Positions 56,404 to 64,000 of a DNA stretch of 64,000 bases are shown here, in pieces. The stretch covers positions 1-64,000 of the forward strand of contig PDIP01000036.1 in NCBI GenBank assembly GCA_002811645.1. Direction: 5' to 3'. Position 1 is the stretch's first letter. Every line of letters begins with the position of its first letter. Both the position numbers and the translations under genes were made by a program. This DNA is from Corallochytrium limacisporum Hawaii. Taxonomy: Eukaryota; Protista; Pluriformea. The notes beneath the pieces are model-generated. The model saw only the letters and a list, made by a program, of their open reading frames with translations. It ran no database searches and was not told where the DNA came from.

Positions 56404-59400
56404 TCCTCTGCCCAGGGCCTGGGATTGTTCTTTTTTCCCTTTTCCTTTATTTTACGGGCGTTTTGTTTCCGTCCCGTGTATTTCTTTTTCTTTCGGTTTT
56501 TTTTTTGGCTCAGTCAGGCTCAGTCCAACGGTGCGCCCTAACCGTGCAGGCAGGCAGACAGCGCTCTCCCTCCCCCTCTCACTTTCAGTCACGGGAAGTC
56601 ACCTGACACGTACTTTTTGGTTGTCCGGTTTGCTACGGCGGCGCTCTCTATACTGAGACAGTGTGGTGCCCTTCTGCCGCGTTTCGTCTCGCTCCGGGTT
56701 GACATGTGTGACCGGGGTCATATTCCACTAGCCTTTCCGGTTGGCCGGGACCCGAAATCGGCAAGTAACGGATAGTCTCTTATGAATGGACATCCACATT
56801 GCATCACCACTTTGTCGGTATTGTCTCTTAAGTACGCACCTGACAAGGGCGAGACGGAAAGGCGCACACACACACTATCGTGTCCCGTCACGTATTAACT
56901 CTACCGTGTTCGCGCACCACACAGACAATGGAAACTGAACGACGATGACGCCGGGAACGCCTCCACCACAGGGTGTCTTCCCGTACGGTGCACTGAAGAA
57001 ATTTTCCGTACGAGCTTCTAATGCCCATTTGCCCTGTAGTGCCTGCCGTTATAAGCAGAGAATACTGCGACATTTGGCTTTGTTCTGCGGAACGACCAAT
57101 GGCGAACTGCCGCGGATGCTACTGTTGCTGCTGGTGGCATATACAATCTGTGGTCCCCTGCGATCCCATCATCACGCCTCCGCACGGAGGAAGAGCGCGG
57201 GGGGGGGGGGGGAATCAGAGTGGCAACAGACACGGGGAGGCAAACAACGACCGTTAGGCATGGCGCGTCCTTCCCTTCTTAAAGTCACAAGCAAATCGCC
57301 CGTTCCCGGGAGGGCATCGTATACTGCGTCAAAGGCACACCATGTCTTGTCGATCACCGACAGCACTACCAGACACTGTGATCTCGTGTCGTAGACCCAC
57401 ACAAATGATTATGTCCACACGCAGATTATACTACTACCTTCTGATCCCAATAATCTCGTTGCGCCGCCACAAAACCACGCAAACTTGTCGTCGTCCGCAG
57501 CCGAAGGCGTGAAAGTTATACATTTCATCACTACCACAATCAATACATAAACAATGAAAATCCGATGTCAGACACAAGCCACAGCACAAACGATAAAAAG
57601 CTACTCCGGAGTTTTATCGGGGACTCCTCCTACCTCTCTTTCTCTCTCTCTCTCTCTGTGTCTCTCTGGGGAGCAGTCGACTGACCAGTAAGGGAAGTTT
57701 TTCAGCGCGGACTATCGAAAGATGTTTTCTTCGGTTCTCTTGTATGTATGTGTGTGTGTCTGTTTTGGGGTGATATTTATTTTTTGAAAACCCCTAGCCC
57801 GTTCCCCGCCCGCCCCCCCCCCCTTGGCTGCGCCATTGTAGGTGCCCAAAACACCCCTTACTGAATGAACTGATCGTTCGATACCTTCCGGGGCGTGGTG
57901 ATTGGATGAAATAGGTCATCTTCCGGACGAACGAGGGGAGATAAACTGGGTGCACCAAAAGAGCCAGAGAGCGGGAGTATAGGAAAAATTGCCTTTGGCA
58001 AGAGTTCATCGCCCCCGGGGTCCGTGGAGATATCCAGTACTTTGGGTATGTGGCGCGCGGACCAGAATGGAAGCAAAGGGTGACCTGTCTTTTTAGTTTG
58101 TTTTAGACTTCGGAATTTGTTGGTGGTTCGCCTTTTTTTCCTTTATGGCGTTAAAGGCGAATTCATTGGTATTGGCCGAGAGAGCGGTTGCGAGGTGACA
58201 CAGACGGAGATCTTTTTTTTTTCTTTTCTTTTTGTGCCTTGTCCTTTTTGCTGCAGTGGCACCCCTTTGTTTCAAACGACAACAGAGTCCCCCCCCCGGG
58301 GAGGGGGGTTAGGAAGGGCAGAACAGAGTATCGGGAGCACGCGGAACCGGCGCAATGAGGAAGTTGCCTCCCCCCTCCCCGGGGTGGCCGGGGGAGAGGA
58401 AGGGGTGTTGGGAATGCGGCAATGGGTATTTCCCTTGCGACCCCTCTCCCTTTGGCGTGGCTGACCTGTCCTTTCTATAAAGAATGTATGGAGAAAACGA
58501 AGACTGCCAAGGCACAGTGAGAAGGGGGATGGGGCGAGCTTGGTAACCTCCAGGAGTCTGGGTTTTGTTTGGCAGGAGCTCCCTAGGGCGAGCAAGATGG
58601 GGTGTGTTTGTGGGCGACCTACTGCCATTCCATGCGGGCAACGGGTAAGCACACGTAGAGAAGTCTGTGTGGATACGGTTAGTTTTGTAGGCGTGAGTGT
58701 AACACGCGACTCCCTCCCCCCCCTGGGTCCCGTTCTCTTCGTCCCGTGGAATTGCGGCCCCGAAGCATGACTTTCCGGTGCGCGCGGTTTTGGCAGTGGC
58801 AAGAGAACGCAGTTGAGCGCCATGTAAATATCGATACGAATCAATGGCAGGTCAATAGAAAAGCAATGACGGTGCTGCGGAATATATTCTTCTGGCCCTC
58901 GCCGCATCTTGGACGTGTGTCCGTTGCCTTCTCCCCATTCTCCAACCAACCCGGACGCGTGGTCCTGTGCCGCTGTGTGATGTCTGCGTCTGCGTGTGTG
59001 TGTGTGTGTGGCTGTTTCGGAGCACGGTGGACAGCGATGCGGTGGCCCCGAGAAAGGGAGAAGCGGGACACACCGCAGCATCAAAGGAAAGGTGCAAGCA
59101 AGCCAAACACCTTCGAGTGAAGTGGGGGAGGGAGGGAGAGGAAAGGTTGGGGAAGGGGGAGGGGGGGGGGGGAAGTGTGGGAGCAAAATTGCTGCGGGTG
59201 GGGTGAGACTGCCATTTTACTCCCAAATCTCACCCCTACCCACACCAGCTCTCCCTCCCCCCCCCTCTCTCTCTCTCTCTCTCCAGTCCCTGTGCACTTT
59301 GTATTTCCTTGCTCAAGCGAGCAAAAAACAGTGAAAAGCCAGTGGGCCCATGGTCGTGCTGTGGGCCGTTTCAGATTATTTTTCCCATTCATTTTTTACC

Positions 59401-59824
59401 AACCAGGCAGGCGTCTCAAATGCTTGGCTCCAGTGTCAAGTCCGTCTCCCACCACCTGCGGCGTGCCCGCGCGCACACACGCAACGGGGCTAAGGACAGC
59501 AACCAAATATTTTGGCCACGGAGGGAAAGAGGGGAAGAGGACAGCAACAGATATTCTCCACTCACTAACTCTTCTTCGGACTTTCAGTAATAGTGTCATT
59601 ATTGAAACGTGAGGCGTGTCTGAAGTAACACCGTGGGTCGGACCATTATTTATGTTTCGACCGAATCAAACGGTCTGCGGCAATGGAAGAGGTCTTGGGG
59701 AGGAAAGCCAGGGATGGAGGTGGAGTGCGATAAACAGCCTTGGAGCATCCACCATCGTAGGCCACAGGATCCATTTTCAAATGGGATCAAGACGCGAAGG
59801 CCTCACACACACACTTGTTCAACA

Positions 59825-60489
59825 AATTCACATGCAAACCACTCCTCCCCGTTTTGAAATTCGATATTTACTTTCTTATCCTGTTTTCTAATCTTGCGCT
59901 TCCGTTGTCTGTGGCGTGCTTGGCAATTGCCATTGCGTGTGAGAGAGACGAGAAAAAAAGGGGGGGGGAGCAGTAGTGGGGACAGTAGGGAAGGAAACTG
60001 AGTGTGAGTGAGTGTGAGCGTGTGTGTGTGTGTGTGTCTCAAAGTCTTTTTTGGGGGGACATGAGTGGAGTTGGGGAGGGGGAACAGACAGTTGGGGAGG
60101 GGGGGGGTGTTGCCGGAGAGAGATGGACAGGGAGTGGTGTTGGTTGGCTCTCCGTTCGATATGGTGGATGTGTGTGTTTGATTTCTGAGAAAGTGGTAAA
60201 TGGATCCAGAGGGGACAAGACGGCAGGGCGAGTAGAGGTGGTTCTGGGGCTGTGTGCGTGTGTGTGGTGCTGCAATTGGTACAAACTGCGCTTTTACGTA
60301 AATTCATGTGACTGTCCGTTACCAGTCGTGTGGACGAGACTCTTCATATGCAAGTTCTAAATTTGTTGGTCACGAATAGAAACGGATACTCGATGAGTAA
60401 TATCTCTAGAAATTTCTAACCTGGTTCAGCTCATTGAGTAACGATATTTCTGGTATTTGTAAAAAGCGAGTATCACATGCATATGAAGG
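59825..60489. promoter_or_regulatory. Cluster of ICRE/UAS-INO-like E-boxes upstream of INO1
   Basis: AATTCACATG 59825, AATTCATGTG 60301, TCTTCATATG 60341, GTATCACATG 60470, CATATGAAGG 60480. Confidence 0.4.
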
Positions 60490-60548
60490 TAGCTTAGTGT
60501 TTGATCAGTTTTGCGGTTCTATATAGCACAATCAAAACACAGATAAAA

Positions 60549-62123
60549 ATGTCCGAGATCGACCAACGTAACTTCCCTTCCGACGCTGTCGAGGTGGAGT
60601 CTGAGAACATTGTCTACACCGAAGAGGCAATCATCTCAAAGTACAACTATGAGCAGACCACCGCTGCCTTCGAGAACGGTAAGCTGAAGGTGAAGCCCAC
60701 CACTGTGAAGTACAACTTCCGCACCGAGCGCAAGGTGCCCAAGCTCGGTGTTATGCTGGTCGGCTGGGGTGGCAACAACGGTACCACCGTTACCGGCGCT
60801 TGCATTGCCAACCGTGAGCACATCACCTGGCACTCTCGCACTGGCATTCAGGAACCCAACTACTACGGTTCCGTCTTGCAGGCCTCTACCATGCGCATTG
60901 GCGTGGACGCTAAGGGTAAGGAGGTGTACATTCCTCTTGCCAAAGTCCTCCCCATGGTCGACCCTAACGACATCGTCTACGGTGGCTGGGATATCAGCTC
61001 CATGAACCTGGCTGACTGCATGGATCGCGCCCGGGTCTTTGAGTACGACCTGGTCCGCCAGCTCCGCCCTCACATGCAGAACATGGTTCCTCTGCCTGGT
61101 ATCTACTACCCTGACTTCATTGCTGCCAACCAGGGCGACCGCGCTGACAACGTCCTGCCGGGTAACGACAAGTACGAGCACATGGAGACCATCCGTAAGA
61201 ACATCCGGGACTTCAAGGCCGCCAACGGTGTCGACAAGGTTGTCGTCTGCTGGACTGCCAACACTGAGCGCTTCTGCGATGTGCAGTACGGTCTGAATGA
61301 CACTGCCGAGAACCTGATGAAGAGCCTGAAGGAGTCTCACTCCGAAGTCTCCCCTTCCACAGTGTACGCCATTGCTTGCATTCTTGAGGGCGTCACTTTC
61401 ATCAACGGCTCTCCCCAGAACTCTCTGGTCCCCGGTATCCAGGAGCTCGCCGAGCAGCACCGCGTGTACATCGGTGGCGATGACTTTAAGTCTGGCCAGA
61501 CCAAGATGAAGTCCGCTCTGGTTGACTTCATGGTGAACGCCGGCATCAAGCCCACCAGCATTGTCTCCTACAACCATCTGGGTAACAACGACGGTAAGAA
61601 CCTGAGCGCCCCCAGTCAGTTCCGCTCCAAGGAGATCTCCAAGTCCAACGTCGTCGACGATATGGTCGAGAGCAACCGCATTCTGTACAGCGAGGGTGAG
61701 CACCCCGATCACGTTGTTGTCATCAAGTATGTCCCCAACGTCGGTGACTCCAAGCGTGCCCTGGATGAATACGTCAGCGACATTTTCATGAACGGTAAGC
61801 AGACCATCTCTATGCACAACACCTGCGAAGACTCCCTGCTGGCCTCTCCTCTGATTCTGGATCTCGTTATCCTGGCTGAGCTTGTTGAGCGCATCACCTG
61901 GAAGACCGACGACATGCCTGCTTTCGACAGTTTCCACAGCGTTCTGTCCCTCCTGAGTTACATGCTCAAGGCTCCTCTGGTCCCCCAGGGTACCCCCATC
62001 GTCAACTCTCTTTACCGCCAGCGCGCTGCCATGGAGAACTTCTTCCGTGCGTGCCTGGGTCTGCAAGCCGAGAGCAACTTGATGTTGGAGCATCGCGCTT
62101 TCCATCACCATCAGAGGGTCTAA
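60549..62123 (+). CDS. INO1: Inositol-3-phosphate synthase
   Basis: First ATG 60549 (aaaaATG); [50 protein letters not shown]; strong codon bias. Confidence 0.99.
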   Translation: MSEIDQRNFPSDAVEVESENIVYTEEAIISKYNYEQTTAAFENGKLKVKPTTVKYNFRTERKVPKLGVMLVGWGGNNGTTVTGACIANREHITWHSRTGIQEPNYYGSVLQASTMRIGVDAKGKEVYIPLAKVLPMVDPNDIVYGGWDISSMNLADCMDRARVFEYDLVRQLRPHMQNMVPLPGIYYPDFIAANQGDRADNVLPGNDKYEHMETIRKNIRDFKAANGVDKVVVCWTANTERFCDVQYGLNDTAENLMKSLKESHSEVSPSTVYAIACILEGVTFINGSPQNSLVPGIQELAEQHRVYIGGDDFKSGQTKMKSALVDFMVNAGIKPTSIVSYNHLGNNDGKNLSAPSQFRSKEISKSNVVDDMVESNRILYSEGEHPDHVVVIKYVPNVGDSKRALDEYVSDIFMNGKQTISMHNTCEDSLLASPLILDLVILAELVERITWKTDDMPAFDSFHSVLSLLSYMLKAPLVPQGTPIVNSLYRQRAAMENFFRACLGLQAESNLMLEHRAFHHHQRV

Positions 62124-63067
62124 GTGTTTCTGGGTTTAAAAAAAATAGCAGATACTTTGAAATCGGGAGAATGCCTATAGCTACGGCATAGCTGGGCCTC
62201 CCGGGCACACTGGATGGCGTACGGGTTAATGACCTCTGTTTCTGGCTCATTTGTCAACCCCGAGGATCCACTGTACTCATAGACACAAACAAGAATCGCA
62301 CAGACCAACAATCCCTGTTTTCTTTTACAAATATATTACTCCTCATAGGCTCATATTCGTTTGGTTTTACTACGTATGTTGTGGAACAACAAGCACAAAC
62401 TGTCTGTTACCATCAGTGTTGGATGTTCATCGCTGGTTTAAGGTTATCCTCGAGTGTTCCTGAGCTACGGGCCGCTTCCCAGTCTACCACACACCCTTGC
62501 CCCCCCCCCCTTTTCTTCCCGTCCTTCCCGGCTCCTTGTCTTTCGGCGCGAAAATCGGTCCCGATTGCGGGGGTGACCAGTGCGAGGGTGAACAGAAGGA
62601 AGAAGGGGGGGAGGTTGGGTTGGTGTGGGCGCAACAGAAGGCACCAAGTCTTCGCCATTTTTCTTTATTAACTTTTTGGGCGCGCGCGAAAATATGCCTC
62701 GGGGCCGAAGTTCACTGCTGCAGCGCTGAAGGGAAGTAGTACGGACCGTCAGGCTCTCTGTTTTGAGGCAGTGAGACGGGCCAGAGGCAGTGCGAGCGCC
62801 CTTTTTTTTTCTGGTTCGGTCGTGGCTTGTGACCAACTGAGCGGCCAGCAAGAGCAGGACGGAAACATGTTCCCTGATGGCTTTTCTCTTGCCCTTGTGC
62901 CTGGTACTATACTCAAGACGTACTTCAAAGTTTCCTGGGAATGATCGATGTCTTCTCAGTGAGACAAACCGTTTGGGGTCGAAAGATTTCCATGGAGAAC
63001 GAGAATGTAATCCGAACAAAGGGAAGGAGGGACAGCCAAGAAGTAACTTGAAGACAGAAAAACAAAG

Positions 63068-64000
63068 ATGGGAGATCCTGCCTCTGTCGTCGACCTGTCC
63101 AAGGCCGTCATGATCGAGTATGCGGCCCGGAACATTTTGGACTCCATGCGCGAGGGCAACTTGGAGATTAGTGCCTGGGACATTATTTACACATCGTCCT
63201 TGAGGGACGAATCACTGGAACTAATGCCATCAGTTCAGGCCCTTACTAATATGGTCAACATGGCATTGACATATCTTCGTGTCACAGAGGTGTACCAGGC
63301 TGGGGAACGGAACCTGAAGGTTCCCCTGCTGTTCCAGAGCATTCTCCTCCGCTACGATCAACTCAAGCACACTTTGCGTCTCGTCGATTCTTCATTCCAA
63401 GAGGACGATCACTGGTTGGAATTGTCAGGAGATCTGCGCATTGCAGCGGTATACGCTTGTAGATGGTTGCCGAGTACGGTGGCGAGACAGATGAAGGATA
63501 AGCTCTTTTCACGAACCCCGCTAGCTGGTACGGAACATCATCGATGGGCTGGAGAATGGGTTGATGCGATGGAAAACGACGACATTGCAACTCAGAACGC
63601 ATTGGTGAAGGAGGCTGCGCCAAAGGGTGATCTGGTTGAGAACACATTCCACAAGATGCTGCGTTGGTTTGGGTACTTTGAGGACAGTTTCGTTGACCGC
63701 GTTGCCGTCGACTCGCTGGATGCGGCAAAGGCAGCTCTTGGTCTGGAGGATCCGGGTCAGTTGTTGGAAGAGGCTGCAGAAGCACCGCCGCAAGCTGTGG
63801 CATTCTCAGACAAACGATACAGCAAAAGCGATTTGCAGAAAATGTATGAGATGATCAAACCCAGTGGTGATTTTGACAAAGATGTGTGTCAATACGAGGA
63901 GCCTCAGGTTAGCGCTGTCCGCCAGCGGGCAGAACAAGCCTTTCAAAACGCAGCAGCTCAGAACAATGTGTTGCTCGAGGCAACATCCCAGGCTGAGGAT
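63068..64000 (+). CDS. Partial ORF (311 codons, runs off the window); candidate TRF1/TRF2-like telomere repeat-binding factor
   Basis: Hand-translated with no stop from aagATGG at 63068 to the window end (MGDPASVVDLSKAVMIEYAARNILDSMREG...); in-frame upstream stop at 63044. The ORF is solid; the TRFH-like call is tentative. Confidence 0.6.
   Translation, partial: MGDPASVVDLSKAVMIEYAARNILDSMREGNLEISAWDIIYTSSLRDESLELMPSVQALTNMVNMALTYLRVTEVYQAGERNLKVPLLFQSILLRYDQLKHTLRLVDSSFQEDDHWLELSGDLRIAAVYACRWLPSTVARQMKDKLFSRTPLAGTEHHRWAGEWVDAMENDDIATQNALVKEAAPKGDLVENTFHKMLRWFGYFEDSFVDRVAVDSLDAAKAALGLEDPGQLLEEAAEAPPQAVAFSDKRYSKSDLQKMYEMIKPSGDFDKDVCQYEEPQVSAVRQRAEQAFQNAAAQNNVLLEATSQAED

Noticed and set aside
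60636-62111. 491-aa antisense ORF over INO1, and similar ones over RPS3, UGP, the deacetylase and the MDN1 acidic region
   Set aside because: Shadow ORFs caused by strong codon bias or low complexity on the sense strand; no domain features.

Overview
Gene-dense eukaryotic nuclear DNA with about 22 protein-coding ORFs. Essentially all coding regions are intron-free, including a 14.6 kb midasin ORF. There are four assembly gaps. No tRNA, rRNA, CRISPR or transposon was recognised. Recognisable genes: NADSYN1, a YEATS2 homologue split into two overlapping ORFs, a SETD3/LSMT-type SET protein, two tandem theta-like GSTs, TAF13, CEP120, UGP, RPS3, KLHDC10, a bacterial-type mitochondrial HisRS, a bacterial AphA-like deacetylase, SWI5, ANKRD49-like, SNF8, WDR5, MDN1 and INO1. 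Also present are three orphans and a 3'-truncated ORF at 63068 that is missing from the ORF track and resembles TRF1/TRF2. The animal-like gene set, a centriole gene and near-absence of coding introns suggest a unicellular opisthokont, probably a holozoan of the Corallochytrium type (inference, not verified). Main leads: (1) the YEATS2 junction, which needs a +1 frameshift, a stop/restart bicistron, or a regulated 73-nt intron that swaps the last YEATS strand; (2) a candidate animal-type shelterin TRF; (3) introns apparently confined to 5' leaders; (4) a uORF abutting the acetylpolyamine deacetylase start; (5) UAS-INO-like E-boxes upstream of INO1; (6) a TACTGAA motif shared by the RPS3 and MDN1 promoters. 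All homology calls are by-eye motif recognition from memory; no searches were run.
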